Both the position numbers and the translations under genes were made by a program. Below are positions 1 to 10,651 of a stretch of DNA of 44,071 nt, piece after piece. How positions within the stretch are numbered: the first letter of the stretch is position 1; each line of letters starts with the position of its first letter. Below the pieces are notes generated by a model, which had not been told where the DNA came from, searched no databases, and saw only the letters and a program-made list of their open reading frames with translations. The stretch comes from Lutibacter flavus (lineage in GTDB: Bacteria; Bacteroidota; Bacteroidia; Flavobacteriales; Flavobacteriaceae). Location of the stretch: contig CAMDPE010000001.1 in NCBI GenBank assembly GCA_945903795.1, forward strand, positions 1-44,071, in the 5' to 3' direction.

Positions 1-483
1 TTGCTGTGTTGCATTGTTATGGTCAATGACTTGTATTGCTGGTGAAATTTCACCATTTTTTGCTATAGAATGCACAGAAACTGTTCCGCCGGAATAATTT
101 GAAACAGCCACCTTGGAATTATCTTCATTTAATTGAATATGGCAAGGATGCGCACCGTTGCTGCTTACTTTGTTTAGCAACCCAAGTGTTCCGTCTTTTG
201 AAACGGAATAGGCATTTACAAAGCCGCTTTTTGCGCCTTCGTAATTATCCGTTTCACCAACAGAATACAATAGTTTTTTGTCGGATGAAAATGTGATGTA
301 TGATGGATTTATAGCTTCAATAGCCAATTTTTTATTGGTGAGCTCGCCGGTTTTCAGGTTAAAATCGTAAACATAAATTCCTTCACTGCTCTCATCGGTA
401 TAAGTGCCAACGTACAAAGAAATATTTTGGGCAGTTGTAATAATTGCACTGAACAACAAAACAGCTAAAAAATATGGTTTCAT
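1..483 (-). CDS. Lactonase family beta-propeller protein (6-phosphogluconolactonase-like), 3' end outside window; missing from ORF track
   Basis: Manual translation from ATG at 483: MKPYFLAVLLFSAIITTAQNISLYVGTYTDESSEGIYVYDFNLKTGEL...NPSYITFS; signal peptide plus the YVGTYT...GIY and NPSY lactonase motifs. Confidence 0.88.
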   Translation of the reverse strand, partial: MKPYFLAVLLFSAIITTAQNISLYVGTYTDESSEGIYVYDFNLKTGELTNKKLAIEAINPSYITFSSDKKLLYSVGETDNYEGAKSGFVNAYSVSKDGTLGLLNKVSSNGAHPCHIQLNEDNSKVAVSNYSGGTVSVHSIAKNGEISPAIQVIDHNNATQQ

Positions 484-503
484 CTTTAAATTTTTAGAGG
501 ATT

Positions 504-905
504 TTACTTTGCTAAAACACCACGCTTATTTAACAAAGGAATCATTCGCAAGGCACCTTCTTTTACGGTTCCTTTTTCGAAAAGGTATTTTTTGTCGAAC
601 ATCGCATTTCCTTCAAAAAAAGTCACATTAAAAAAATTGGACAATTTTAAAACTGCTTCCTGCATTAATTCAACCTTTGCAAAAGATTTTGCCGGAAGTT
701 TTTCAATTTTATGGCGCAGCAATGAGGTTTCAATCAGCTGGTCTTCATCATAACCTTTTGAAACCACCAAAACCATTTCCAGATCAACTTCTTTGTTGTT
801 AATGATGTAAGCATTCCAGTCATCACACTGAAAAATTTCGTTGTATTCTTTCACAATGGCCATAAAAACCTCGGTAACTTCAGGAATTTGGATGTCGCTT
901 TTCAT
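504..905 (-). CDS. Hypothetical protein, 133 aa
   Basis: Clean ORF, co-oriented between pheS and the lactonase gene, protein-like composition. Confidence 0.8.
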   Translation of the reverse strand: MKSDIQIPEVTEVFMAIVKEYNEIFQCDDWNAYIINNKEVDLEMVLVVSKGYDEDQLIETSLLRHKIEKLPAKSFAKVELMQEAVLKLSNFFNVTFFEGNAMFDKKYLFEKGTVKEGALRMIPLLNKRGVLAK

Positions 906-940
906 TGATTTGATAAGTATTATCAGGATTTTTTATACTA

Positions 941-968
941 TCCCCAACCCTTTCCTAAGGAAAGGGAG
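941..968. repeat. GC-rich REP-like hairpin
   Basis: CCCTTTCC-TAA-GGAAAGGG (948-966) preceded by TCCCCAA, in an AT-rich spacer. Confidence 0.5.
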
Positions 969-1050
969 TTTGTTTTGAAATAAGAATAGTAATTATAACA
1001 AAAAAACTTATAACTTTTAATATTTAACTTCTAAATATTTAATATTTTTT

Positions 1051-2070
1051 CTAGTAAACCGATTTAAACTGTTCTAAAAATCGAACATCGTTTTCATAAA
1101 ACATTCTGATATCAGGAATTTGGTATAACAACATCGCAATTCGTTCTATGCCCATTCCAAAAGCGTAGCCAGAATAAATTTCAGGGTCGATATTGGTGTT
1201 TTTTAGCACATTTGGATCCACCATACCGCAACCCATAATTTCTAGCCAACCCGTTCCTTTTGTGATTTTATAATCGGTTTCCGTTTCCAGTCCCCAATAA
1301 ATATCAACTTCCGCGCTTGGCTCAGTAAAAGGAAAATAAGACGGTCGCAAGCGTATTTTGGATTTTCCGAACATTTCTTTGGTGAAGTAAAGCAACGTTT
1401 GTTTTAAATCAGCAAAAGAAACATCGGTGTCAATATACAAACCTTCAACTTGGTGAAAAATGCAGTGCGCACGTGCGGAAATATCTTCATTTCTAAAAAC
1501 ACGTCCGGGAGAAATGGTGCGAATAGGCGGTTTGTGGGTTTCCATATAACGTACCTGAACCGATGAGGTGTGCGTGCGCAAGAGAATATCCGGATTTTTT
1601 TCAATAAAAAAAGTGTCTTGCATATCGCGTGCGGGGTGATATTCCGGTAAGTTTAACGCTGTAAAATTGTGCCAGTCATCTTCAATTTCCGGACCTTCAG
1701 AAACGGTAAAACCAATGCGCGAAAACACATCAATAATTTTGTTTCTCACTAAAGATATTGGATGGCGCGAACCCAATTCAATAGGTTCGGAAGGGCGCGT
1801 TAAATCACCATAAATTCCCTTTTGTTCGCTTGAATTTTCTAATGCTTCCTTTAGCTGGTCAACTTTATTTTGTGCTGCATCTTTTAACGTATTTAAAGCT
1901 TGTCCAAATTCTTTTCTTTCGGCTGGAGCCACGTTTTTAAATTCAACAAATAAATCGTTAAGCAATCCTTTTTTACCCAAGAATTTAATTCTGAAAGATT
2001 CAATTTCATCTTTGGAAGTGGTGTTAAAAGCCAATACTTCACCAATCAGTTCTTTTACTTTAGCTAACAT
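1051..2070 (-). CDS. pheS: Phenylalanine--tRNA ligase alpha subunit
   Basis: [31 protein letters not shown] and [10 protein letters not shown] motifs. Confidence 0.98.
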   Translation of the reverse strand: MLAKVKELIGEVLAFNTTSKDEIESFRIKFLGKKGLLNDLFVEFKNVAPAERKEFGQALNTLKDAAQNKVDQLKEALENSSEQKGIYGDLTRPSEPIELGSRHPISLVRNKIIDVFSRIGFTVSEGPEIEDDWHNFTALNLPEYHPARDMQDTFFIEKNPDILLRTHTSSVQVRYMETHKPPIRTISPGRVFRNEDISARAHCIFHQVEGLYIDTDVSFADLKQTLLYFTKEMFGKSKIRLRPSYFPFTEPSAEVDIYWGLETETDYKITKGTGWLEIMGCGMVDPNVLKNTNIDPEIYSGYAFGMGIERIAMLLYQIPDIRMFYENDVRFLEQFKSVY

Positions 2071-2089
2071 TTTATAGAAAATTAGGTTG

Positions 2090-2097
2090 CAAATTTA
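2090..2097 (-). promoter_or_regulatory. Bacteroidota -7 promoter element for pheS
   Basis: TAAATTTG on minus strand matches TAnnTTTG, about 20 nt before the start. Confidence 0.65.
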
Positions 2098-2195
2098 CGC
2101 AATTTTATTTTTATAAAATTGAATTAATCTTTTGAAAAACATTAAATTTAGCGGTGAAAATGATATCTTGCATTTGAAAATAAAGGCGAATAAAA

Positions 2196-5100
2196 ATGAA
2201 CAGAAATCCACTGCCCGATTTAAAAAATTATGAGTTTGAAGAGGTTGCATTTAACCAATTAATGCAAAATAGAATAAACAAAGTGCTCATTGTTTGTTCT
2301 AACTACGATTTTTATATGTTGGAAGAAGACGGCCGTATTGACGAGCGAATTTTTAATGAATATATGGCGCTTAATTTAAGATATCCGCCTAGTTTTATTC
2401 ATGCAAATTCTGCCAAAAGAGCCATAGGAATGATGAATTCCGATAAAATTGACTTGGTGATAACTTGGTTGGACATTGGTAATTACAAGGCTTTTGAATC
2501 CTCAAAATTGATAAAAGAAGCTTTTCCCAACATTCCAATTGCCGCATTAAGTCACTATTCTTCTGAATTAAGGAAAAAAGTGCTTAGTGAAAATACGGGA
2601 ATCATTGATTTTGTTTTCCATTGGAACGGCAATGTTGATATTTTTTTGGCCATCATTAAACTTACTGAAGACAGGATGAATGCCGAAAAAGACATCAATC
2701 AAATTGGTGTTAAAGCCATTTTGCTGGTGGAAGATTCCTTGAAATTTTACTCGAGGTATTTGCCCATTATGTACAAAATTATATTAAAACAAACACGTTC
2801 ATTTATGTCGGAAGGCCTTAATGAACACAGGGCAATGATGTTGATGCGGGGCCGGCCAAAAATTTTGCTGGCCACAAATTATGAAGAAGGATTGTTTCTT
2901 TTTGAAAAATACAAACACAATCTTTTAGGTGTTATTTCCGATGTTAGTTATTTTAAAGGCGGAAAACGAGATCCTAATGCAGGGTTCGAATTTTTAAAAT
3001 ACGTAAGAAGCCATGAACGCTATTTTCCATTTTTGGTGCAATCTTCCGATAAAAATAATGAAAAAGAAGCGTTAGCGTTAAAAGGAAAATTTTTGTACAA
3101 ACACTCTGAAACATTAGGTCAGGAAATAAAAAAATACATTACCAAATATTTTTCTTTCGGGGCTTTTGAATTTTGGGATCCTATTCAAATGAAAGTTTTG
3201 GCAACGGTTGAAGATTTGAATAATTTTCAAAGAGTTTTAACTACAGTCACATTAGATTCTATAGTTTACCATGCCAAAAGAAGCGAATATTCAAAATGGT
3301 TAAGATCAAGGGCGCTTTTTCCATTGGCCAATTTATTTAGCAATGTAGAATATGAAGATTTTGAGGATCCGGAAGAAATCAGGGATTTTTTAATCAAAGC
3401 TATTAAAGCTTATCGCATCTATAGATCAAGAGGCGTTATTTCAAAATTCAGCAAAAATACCTATGATGAATATTTGGGATTCGCAAGAATAGGGGAAGGT
3501 TCTTTAGGCGGAAAAGGAAGAGGTTTGGCATTTATTGATTCATTTTTGAAACGCCATAAATTGTTCAATAAATACAAAGATGTGAACATTTGCATTCCAC
3601 GTACCGTGGTGTTGAGTACAGAAGTGTTTGATGAGTTTATGGAAAAACACGACTTGATTGGTTTTGTGGCCACTTGTAATGATGATGAAGAAATTTTAAA
3701 TAAATTTATCTCAAAACCATTGCCAAAATGGGTTATGGAAGATATTCGGGTGTTTTTAAATGTTACCAAATCTCCTATTGCCGTGCGTTCTTCCAGTGTT
3801 TTAGAAGATTCCCATTACCAACCTTTTGCTGGCGTATTTTCTACTTATATGATTCCAAATACTGACAAAACCAGGATGGTGGAAATGGTTGCCAGCGCTA
3901 TTAAGTCGGTAATGGCATCTGCTTTTTTTCATAATAGCAAAGTATATTTAAAAGCGACTTCCCACACCATTGAGGAAGATAAAATGGCAGTCATTTTACA
4001 GGAAGTAACAGGTAAACAATATGATGATGTTTATTATCCGAATATTTCTGGTGTGGCGCGTTCCATAAATTTTTATCCGATTGATCAGGAATTACCGAAC
4101 GAAGGAACGGCAAATATAGCGTTGGGTTTGGGTGAAATGATTGTTGGCGGCGGTAACACATTGCGATTTTCACCTTACCATCCAAAAAAGGTGCTCCAAC
4201 TTTCAAATCCTGGCTCTACCCAACGAGACACACAGCAATATTTCTTTGGATTGGATATGAATCCAGATAGTTATGTCGCCTCAACAAGTGAAGCCGTCAA
4301 TAAAAAGAAAATTACCATCAGAAATGCCGAAAAACATGGCTCGCTAAAATTTGTGGCTTCAACCTATGATTTACAAAATAACATCATCAAGCCCGGCGTT
4401 TTACATGATGGCCTTCGGGTAATTACTTTTGACAATATTTTAAAATATAATACATTTCCGTTACCTGAAATTTTACAAGATTTGTTGCGCATTGGGCAGC
4501 GTGAAATGCGAAACCCAATTGAAATGGAGTTTGCGGTTAATTTAGATGTGCCACATGGGCAACCAAAGGAATTTAGCTTTTTGCAAATTAGGCCCATTAT
4601 TGAGAGTATTGAAACCTTGAGCACACTTCCAGAGGATTTCAATGTTGAAGATACGATTATTTACTCCGAATCGGCATTAGGAAATGGAAATTATGAGAAT
4701 ATTCACGATATTATTTATATCAAACCAGAAACTTTTAACGCAGCAAATACAAGAAAAATAGCTGCAGCGGTTGAAGAAATTAATAAAAAATTCGCAGAAA
4801 AAGACAAAAACTATATTTTAGTCGGACCCGGAAGATGGGGCTCAAGTGATCCCTGGTTGGGAATCCCCGTGATTTGGCCTCAAATTGCATCAGCAAAAAT
4901 AATTGTGGAGGCCGGTCTTAATAATTTTAGAATAGACCCAAGTCAGGGAACACACTTTTTTCAAAATTTAACATCTTTTAAAGTGGGTTATTTAACCATA
5001 AACCCTTTTATTGATGATGGTTTTTTCGATTTAGAATATTTAAATAAACAAAGGGCGAATTATGAAGATGAGTATTTAAGGCATGTGCATTTTAAAGAGC

Positions 5101-5228
5101 CACTAACTATTATTATAGAAGGAAAAAGTAACAAAGCAGCCATCTTTAAAGAAGGATTTAAACTTAATAATTTTCAAAATACGCCTACGAAATTAAACCA
5201 GAATGAATCTGAGGAAGGTTTTATTTAA
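2196..5228 (+). CDS. PEP/pyruvate-binding (PPDK N-terminal ATP-grasp) domain protein with receiver-like N-terminal domains
   Basis: GGKGRGLAF, PIAVRSSSVLEDSHYQPFAG, SGVARS, FLQIRP motifs; ILLVEDS receiver-like segment; C-terminal GPGRWGS...SQGTHFFQN. Confidence 0.88.
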   Translation: MNRNPLPDLKNYEFEEVAFNQLMQNRINKVLIVCSNYDFYMLEEDGRIDERIFNEYMALNLRYPPSFIHANSAKRAIGMMNSDKIDLVITWLDIGNYKAFESSKLIKEAFPNIPIAALSHYSSELRKKVLSENTGIIDFVFHWNGNVDIFLAIIKLTEDRMNAEKDINQIGVKAILLVEDSLKFYSRYLPIMYKIILKQTRSFMSEGLNEHRAMMLMRGRPKILLATNYEEGLFLFEKYKHNLLGVISDVSYFKGGKRDPNAGFEFLKYVRSHERYFPFLVQSSDKNNEKEALALKGKFLYKHSETLGQEIKKYITKYFSFGAFEFWDPIQMKVLATVEDLNNFQRVLTTVTLDSIVYHAKRSEYSKWLRSRALFPLANLFSNVEYEDFEDPEEIRDFLIKAIKAYRIYRSRGVISKFSKNTYDEYLGFARIGEGSLGGKGRGLAFIDSFLKRHKLFNKYKDVNICIPRTVVLSTEVFDEFMEKHDLIGFVATCNDDEEILNKFISKPLPKWVMEDIRVFLNVTKSPIAVRSSSVLEDSHYQPFAGVFSTYMIPNTDKTRMVEMVASAIKSVMASAFFHNSKVYLKATSHTIEEDKMAVILQEVTGKQYDDVYYPNISGVARSINFYPIDQELPNEGTANIALGLGEMIVGGGNTLRFSPYHPKKVLQLSNPGSTQRDTQQYFFGLDMNPDSYVASTSEAVNKKKITIRNAEKHGSLKFVASTYDLQNNIIKPGVLHDGLRVITFDNILKYNTFPLPEILQDLLRIGQREMRNPIEMEFAVNLDVPHGQPKEFSFLQIRPIIESIETLSTLPEDFNVEDTIIYSESALGNGNYENIHDIIYIKPETFNAANTRKIAAAVEEINKKFAEKDKNYILVGPGRWGSSDPWLGIPVIWPQIASAKIIVEAGLNNFRIDPSQGTHFFQNLTSFKVGYLTINPFIDDGFFDLEYLNKQRANYEDEYLRHVHFKEPLTIIIEGKSNKAAIFKEGFKLNNFQNTPTKLNQNESEEGFI

Positions 5229-5270
5229 ACAAAGTGAAAAGTTAGATGTTAAATATTTTGAGATTTCAAT

Positions 5271-5315
5271 AAAATAAAAAGCGCAAAAACCACCTTTTTT
5301 GCGCTTTTTATTTTT
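5271..5315 (+). terminator. Intrinsic terminator hairpin
   Basis: AAAATAAAAAGCGCAAAAA-ccacct-TTTTTGCGCTTTTTATTTT. Confidence 0.85.
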
Positions 5316-5368
5316 GTTTAACGAAAACGTTTTAGAAAAACACTAAAATTAAAAATTATTGCCATTTT

Positions 5369-5403
5369 TTTGTTTAAGAATTAATATATTATCTGTAATT
5401 TTG
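5369..5403 (+). promoter_or_regulatory. gdhA promoter (-33 TTTG, -7 TAATTTTG)
   Basis: TTTG at 5369-5372; TAATTTTG at 5396-5403. Confidence 0.6.
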
Positions 5404-5457
5404 TACCTCATTATTTAAATATTTAATAAATTTCACATACGTTTAAATTATATTATT

Positions 5458-6795
5458 ATGAATGTAAAAAATATATTGACAAACCTTGAGACCAAACATC
5501 CAGGTGAAAAGGAATACTTACAAGCGGTTCATGAAGTGTTAGAGTCCATTCAAACAATTTATGATGAAAACCCTCAGTATGAGGCTGCTAAAATTATTGA
5601 GAGATTGGTTGAGCCCGACCGTATTTTAACTTTTAGAATTTCTTGGGTTGATGATGAAGGAAAAGTTCAAATTAATTTAGGTCACAGAGTGCAATATAAC
5701 AATGCAATTGGACCATACAAAGGCGGTATTCGTCTTCATCCTAGCGTAAATTTAAGTATCCTTAAATTTTTAGGATTTGAACAAACATTTAAAAATGCCT
5801 TAACAACTTTGCCAATGGGTGGCGCAAAAGGAGGATCTGATTTCAATCCAAAAGGAAAATCAGATGCTGAAATTATGCGTTTTTGTCAAGCCTTTATGTT
5901 AGAGTTATGGCGCGTTATTGGCCCAAGCCAAGACGTTCCTGCTGGAGATATTGGTACAGGAGGGAGAGAAATTGGATTTATGTACGGAATGTACAAAAAA
6001 TTACAATTTGAAAATACAGGTGTTTTCACCGGTAAAGGTTTAAATTGGGGAGGAAGTTTGATAAGACCGGAAGCTACAGGTTTTGGCGCAACTTATTTCA
6101 CAAAGGAAATGTTGGAAACCCAAAATGATACTTTTATGGGCAAAACGGTTTCTGTATCAGGTTTTGGTAATGTGGCTTGGGGCGTTGCCCTAAAAGTTAC
6201 CGAACTTGGTGGAAAAGTAGTGACCATTTCTGGACCTGACGGCTATATTTATGATGAAAGAGGTTTAGATGCCGAAAAAATCGATTATTTATTGGCGCTA
6301 AGAGCTTCAAACAACGATATTGTATCTCCTTACGCAGAAGTATTCCCAGAAGCAAAATTTTTCGCAGGGAAAAAACCTTGGGAAGTTGCTGTTGATATTG
6401 CAATGCCTAGCGCTACTCAAAATGAATTGAACGGAGAGGATGCTAAATTATTAGTTAAAAATGGTGTAAAATATATTGTTGAAGTATCCAATATGGGTTG
6501 TACTCCAGAAGCTGTTGACTTATTTCATAAAAACAGATTGCCTTTTGCGCCGGGGAAAGCAGCAAATGCTGGTGGTGTAGGTGTATCTGGTTTGGAAATG
6601 TCACAAAATGCCATGAAATTAAACTGGACTGCAGAAGAAGTTGATGCCAAATTGCACCAAATTATGTCTTCTATCCATACAGCTTGTTCTAAATACGGAA
6701 CTGAAAATGATGGCTATATCAACTATGTTAAAGGTGCAAATATTGCTGGCTTTATTAAAGTTGCCGATGCAATGTTAGATCAAGGTATTATCTAA
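5458..6795 (+). CDS. gdhA: NAD(P)-specific glutamate dehydrogenase
   Basis: GPYKGGIR, GGAKGGSDF, DVPAGDIG, RPEATGFG, GFGNVA, KAANAGGV motifs. Confidence 0.97.
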   Translation: MNVKNILTNLETKHPGEKEYLQAVHEVLESIQTIYDENPQYEAAKIIERLVEPDRILTFRISWVDDEGKVQINLGHRVQYNNAIGPYKGGIRLHPSVNLSILKFLGFEQTFKNALTTLPMGGAKGGSDFNPKGKSDAEIMRFCQAFMLELWRVIGPSQDVPAGDIGTGGREIGFMYGMYKKLQFENTGVFTGKGLNWGGSLIRPEATGFGATYFTKEMLETQNDTFMGKTVSVSGFGNVAWGVALKVTELGGKVVTISGPDGYIYDERGLDAEKIDYLLALRASNNDIVSPYAEVFPEAKFFAGKKPWEVAVDIAMPSATQNELNGEDAKLLVKNGVKYIVEVSNMGCTPEAVDLFHKNRLPFAPGKAANAGGVGVSGLEMSQNAMKLNWTAEEVDAKLHQIMSSIHTACSKYGTENDGYINYVKGANIAGFIKVADAMLDQGII

Positions 6796-6811
6796 CATAC
6801 ATTTAAAATTT

Positions 6812-6849
6812 AAAAGCCGGTCTAAAATTATTTTAGACCGGCTTTTTTT
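6812..6849. terminator. Bidirectional intrinsic terminator between convergent genes
   Basis: AAAAGCCGGTCTAAAA-tta-TTTTAGACCGGCTTTTTTT. Confidence 0.9.
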
Positions 6850-6866
6850 ATGGTTAAATAATAGTA

Positions 6867-7391
6867 CTATTCCGATTTTGAACCTTCAAATTGCTGTTCC
6901 TTTAATTTGAACAAGATATTGAAAGTGGTCAAACTTCCATAAATTCTGGTGATGTATTGTTGCAAATCAACCTTGTCTAAGTCATCCAGTTTACTCGCAT
7001 TTATTTTTTGTTCCATCACGCGCAATCGGTCTCTTACCATCACAATTTTGTGAAAAAATACGTCAATCGGAATTTCCTTGCTGGCTAATTTTGGGTCTTT
7101 CGGTTCCATTACCAATTTTCCGCCTTTCCAACGGTCGCCCAAATGAACAACTTCTGAAATGTCCGACCATTGTTTCAGCATATTTTTTAAGGTTGTTTGA
7201 ACATCATAAAAACTGACGGTATCCACTTCATCTTCAACGCATTCAATGACTTCAAACTTACTGTCGATGGCAATGGTTTCCAAGCCGTTTTCAATAAATG
7301 TCACCCAATAGTCTTTGGCGCTTACGTTGGTTACCACGCCCAATCCAAATTCTTCGTGTTTAATTCGAGATCCGATTCCCAGTATTTTCAT
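6867..7391 (-). CDS. Hypothetical protein, 174 aa
   Basis: Tightly packed downstream of holB and the DoxX gene; N-terminal GSRIKHEEFGLGVV SH3-like segment. Confidence 0.82.
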   Translation of the reverse strand: MKILGIGSRIKHEEFGLGVVTNVSAKDYWVTFIENGLETIAIDSKFEVIECVEDEVDTVSFYDVQTTLKNMLKQWSDISEVVHLGDRWKGGKLVMEPKDPKLASKEIPIDVFFHKIVMVRDRLRVMEQKINASKLDDLDKVDLQQYITRIYGSLTTFNILFKLKEQQFEGSKSE

Positions 7392-7402
7392 TTTTAGCAG
7401 AT

Positions 7403-7798
7403 TTAATTTAACAAATAGAGTCCGAAAATAGTCAAAATAAAATAAACGGCAATGGTCATAGCGCCAGCATAATCTTTCGCCAAACGCTGTCCGATCAACA
7501 ACATAATTAAAGTGATGGCGGCGAATTCCAGTCCCACTTTTGCCACAGTTCCGTCACCTTCAGTAAAAATATAATAACCGCCAATAAGCATTAAAACGCT
7601 TGCGCCAATTTCAAAAATCAACACATTCATCAATAAAAGCGGAACCATATTTTTAAGCGGGGAATTTTTAAAATGGCCGGTGATAAAATCCACGTTTCCT
7701 TTCCAATCGGTTATTTTATCAATGCCCGATTGCAAAAAAGTGATGATCAAAAATAGTAAAACCAATATTTCGGCGGAATGATTGTTGAAAATAGACAT
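7403..7798 (-). CDS. DoxX family membrane protein
   Basis: Four hydrophobic segments; FLQSGIDK and GQRLAKDYAGA motifs. Confidence 0.8.
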   Translation of the reverse strand: MSIFNNHSAEILVLLFLIITFLQSGIDKITDWKGNVDFITGHFKNSPLKNMVPLLLMNVLIFEIGASVLMLIGGYYIFTEGDGTVAKVGLEFAAITLIMLLIGQRLAKDYAGAMTIAVYFILTIFGLYLLN

Positions 7799-7813
7799 AA
7801 TGATTAGTTGTTT

Positions 7814-8953
7814 TTAGGCTTCTTTAATATGCAGAAGCCGGGTTAATTTTATGGATAAATCGAGTAAAATTATTTTAGCACTTCCATTGCGCTCAATGTG
7901 ATAAATGGCTTCATTTAATTCCTTGTCAATTTCAATAATATTTCCGCTGTGCACAAAAGGTGCAAAATTTTCCAGGTTGAAATTGGGTGTTTTTGGCTGT
8001 AAAAACACCAATGATTCCGCATTGTAATTCAGCAATAATGCCTGACGAAAAAATTGCAGGCAGTAATTTAAAAAGCGTTTTTGGGTTTCCCTTCCGGTTT
8101 TTGAAATAGTGTCGCTCCACCCGATGAGTTCTTGAATAACCGCAGCGTTCCCTTTTGCCTTAAAGGCGGCTCTCACCCAAATGATAAACCATTGTTCAAA
8201 TTGTTCATCGGAAGTGTCGTTGTGCAATAAATGCAACGCTTTGTTAAAATCTCCATCGGCCTGAATGGCAATTTGTTTTGCAATTGGCGGATCGGTTCCT
8301 TCAATTTCAACCAAGCCTTTTACAATGTCGTTTTCCGACAATAAAGGAAAATGCAATACCTGACAACGCGATTTTATGGTCGATATAATTTGGTCTTCAT
8401 TTTCGGCAATCAAAATAAATACCGTTTTTTCAGGAGGTTCTTCCAGCAGTTTCAATAATTTATTTGATGCTGAGGCATTCATTTTGTCGGCCATCCAAAT
8501 AATCATAATTTTAAAACCGCCTTCATATGATTTCAGTTTTAAAGCTTTTACAATTTCTTCGGCCTCGTCAACACCAATCTGGCCTTGTTTATTTTCAACG
8601 CCAATCGATTGCAGCCATTCAAATAAATTCCCGTAGGGATTCAACGCCACAAAACTCCGCCATTCATCCAAAAACAAGTTGCTTACCGGCCTGCTTTTTA
8701 CCACTTCATTGGTTGCCACCGGAAACGCAAAATGCAAATCGGGATGCATTAATTTTGAACATCTTATTTTACATGAATCCTCATCATTGCTGCCTTTGCA
8801 CAAAATATATTGGGCATAGGCAATGGCAATGGACAAAGTTCCCGTACCTTCTTTGCCAATAAATAGTTGCGCATGAGAAATCCGCCCGTTATCGGTCGAT
8901 TTCATCAGATGATTTTTCAAATGCGTCTGTCCTAAAATTTCTGAAAATTCCAT
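7814..8953 (-). CDS. holB: DNA polymerase III delta-prime subunit
   Basis: HAQLF, HPDLHF, ASNKLLKLLEEPP, TIKSRC clamp-loader motifs. Confidence 0.95.
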   Translation of the reverse strand: MEFSEILGQTHLKNHLMKSTDNGRISHAQLFIGKEGTGTLSIAIAYAQYILCKGSNDEDSCKIRCSKLMHPDLHFAFPVATNEVVKSRPVSNLFLDEWRSFVALNPYGNLFEWLQSIGVENKQGQIGVDEAEEIVKALKLKSYEGGFKIMIIWMADKMNASASNKLLKLLEEPPEKTVFILIAENEDQIISTIKSRCQVLHFPLLSENDIVKGLVEIEGTDPPIAKQIAIQADGDFNKALHLLHNDTSDEQFEQWFIIWVRAAFKAKGNAAVIQELIGWSDTISKTGRETQKRFLNYCLQFFRQALLLNYNAESLVFLQPKTPNFNLENFAPFVHSGNIIEIDKELNEAIYHIERNGSAKIILLDLSIKLTRLLHIKEA

Positions 8954-9168
8954 TGAAGCGAAAGTAAAACTTTTTCAGCAAAGAAAAAATCTTAAGGAGC
9001 CAGAAAATTTATTGATTTATAAACGCTTAGCGCTCTTTGCGTAAATCTTTGCGACATTTGCGTTTAAGCTTTTTTATTTTTTAACGTATAAATTTCAACA
9101 TCTAACTTTTAACTTGCTGCAATGAAATCGCTTTCGTAAAAAACCACAAGCCCAAGCCTAAATTCCCT

Positions 9169-9176
9169 TATATTTG
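9169..9176 (+). promoter_or_regulatory. -7 promoter element for pgk
   Basis: TATATTTG matches TAnnTTTG. Confidence 0.6.
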
Positions 9177-9196
9177 TGGTATAAATATTTATTAAG

Positions 9197-9256
9197 ATGA
9201 AACGAGCCATAACAAATTTTGTTACGCAGCAGAATGATTAATGGCGACTGCATCTG
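9197..9256 (+). repeat. ~60-nt leader element, copy 1 (copy 2 at 12849-12908)
   Basis: ATGAAaCGAGCCAT..CAAATTTTG...AATgGCGA.tGCAT.TG shared with the plsC leader. Confidence 0.65.
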
Positions 9257-9283
9257 TACAAATAAAAAATAAAATATAAACAG

Positions 9284-10471
9284 ATGAAAACACTACAAGA
9301 CATTAATTTTAAGGATAAAAAAGCACTCATTCGCGTTGATTTTAACGTGCCGTTAGACGAAAATTTTAAGGTGACGGATGCCACAAGAATTGCCGCTGCA
9401 AAACCAACAATCGATAAAATTTTAAAAGATGGCGGGGCGGTTATTTTAATGTCGCATTTGGGAAGGCCAAAAGGTGTTGAAGCAAAATATTCTTTAAAAC
9501 ACATTCTTGATGAGGTTGCTGAAATACTTAAAGTTCCCGTGAAATTTGTTTCGGATTGTGTTGGGGAAAAAGCGGAAAAAGCTTCAGCAGATTTAAAAAT
9601 GGGCGAAGTTTTGTTGCTTGAAAATTTGCGTTTTTATGCAGAAGAGGAAAAAGGCGACGAGGTATTTGCCAAACAACTTTCAAAATTAGGCGACGTGTAT
9701 GTAAATGATGCATTTGGAACGGCACACAGAGCGCACGCTTCCACCACAATTATCGCTAAATTTTTCCCTATAAATAAATGTTTCGGCAGTTTGATGGCGC
9801 AAGAAATCATCAGCATAAAAAAAGTGTTGGAAGACAGCGAAAAACCTGTTTTAGCCGTATTGGGCGGATCTAAAGTTTCTTCAAAAATAACAATTATCGA
9901 AAATATTTTAGATAAAGTAGATCATTTAATTATTGGCGGCGGAATGAGTTTTACCTTTGTGAAAGCCCTAGGCGGAAAAGTTGGAAATTCTATTTGTGAA
10001 GATGACAAACAAGAACTGGCGCTTGAAATTTTGAAGAAAGCCAAAGAAAAAGGCGTTCAGGTTCACATTCCAGTGGATGTGATTGCCGCAGACGATTTTA
10101 GCAACGACGCACATACGCAAATATGTGATATCGATAAAATTCCTGACGGATGGCAAGGTTTGGATGCCGGACCAAAATCGCGGGAACTTTTTCATAAAGT
10201 GGTGATGGAATCTAAAACTATCCTTTGGAACGGACCTTTGGGGGTTTTTGAAATGGAAAATTTTGCCAACGGCACTATTGCTTTGGGAAATTCAATTGCT
10301 GAAGCAACCAAAAACGGCACTTTCTCTTTAGTTGGCGGCGGCGATTCAGTGGCAGCAGTAAAACAGTTTGGTTTTGAAGACAAAGTGAGCTATGTGTCTA
10401 CCGGTGGCGGAGCGATGTTGGAAAGCCTGGAAGGAAAAGTATTGCCCGGAATAGAAGCGATATTAAAATAA
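9284..10471 (+). CDS. pgk: Phosphoglycerate kinase
   Basis: [47 protein letters not shown]. Confidence 0.99.
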   Translation: MKTLQDINFKDKKALIRVDFNVPLDENFKVTDATRIAAAKPTIDKILKDGGAVILMSHLGRPKGVEAKYSLKHILDEVAEILKVPVKFVSDCVGEKAEKASADLKMGEVLLLENLRFYAEEEKGDEVFAKQLSKLGDVYVNDAFGTAHRAHASTTIIAKFFPINKCFGSLMAQEIISIKKVLEDSEKPVLAVLGGSKVSSKITIIENILDKVDHLIIGGGMSFTFVKALGGKVGNSICEDDKQELALEILKKAKEKGVQVHIPVDVIAADDFSNDAHTQICDIDKIPDGWQGLDAGPKSRELFHKVVMESKTILWNGPLGVFEMENFANGTIALGNSIAEATKNGTFSLVGGGDSVAAVKQFGFEDKVSYVSTGGGAMLESLEGKVLPGIEAILK

Positions 10472-10480
10472 TATTTTTTT

Positions 10481-10512
10481 ACTGTTAAACTGTTTAATCG
10501 TTGAATTGTTTA
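10481..10512 (+). repeat. Degenerate 8-nt tandem repeat x4
   Basis: actgttaa actgttta atcgttga attgttta. Confidence 0.65.
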
Positions 10513-10534
10513 AAAGTAAAAAATTAAAATATTG

Positions 10535-10569
10535 AAAACCATTTTCTACCAGTTAGAAAATGGTTTTTT
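10535..10569 (+). terminator. Intrinsic terminator after pgk
   Basis: AAAACCATTTTCTA-ccagt-TAGAAAATGGTTTT followed by T-rich tract. Confidence 0.85.
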
Positions 10570-10603
10570 ATTTTTATACATTTGAACTCGATTTCCACAG
10601 CAC

Positions 10604-10635
10604 TAAACAAATACACAATTAAACGCTTACACGAT
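10604..10635 (-). repeat. Inverted copy of the 8-nt tandem repeat x4
   Basis: taaacaaa tacacaat taaacgct tacacgat. Confidence 0.6.
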
Positions 10636-10651
10636 ACAACAAATAAACAAC

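Noticed and set aside
99-631. Plus-strand ORFs 99-296 and 404-631
   Set aside because: Shadow ORFs antisense to the lactonase gene and the 504-905 gene
9026-9066. CTTTGCG-type short repeats upstream of holB/pgk
   Set aside because: Short degenerate intergenic repeat with no partner arm or associated gene in the window
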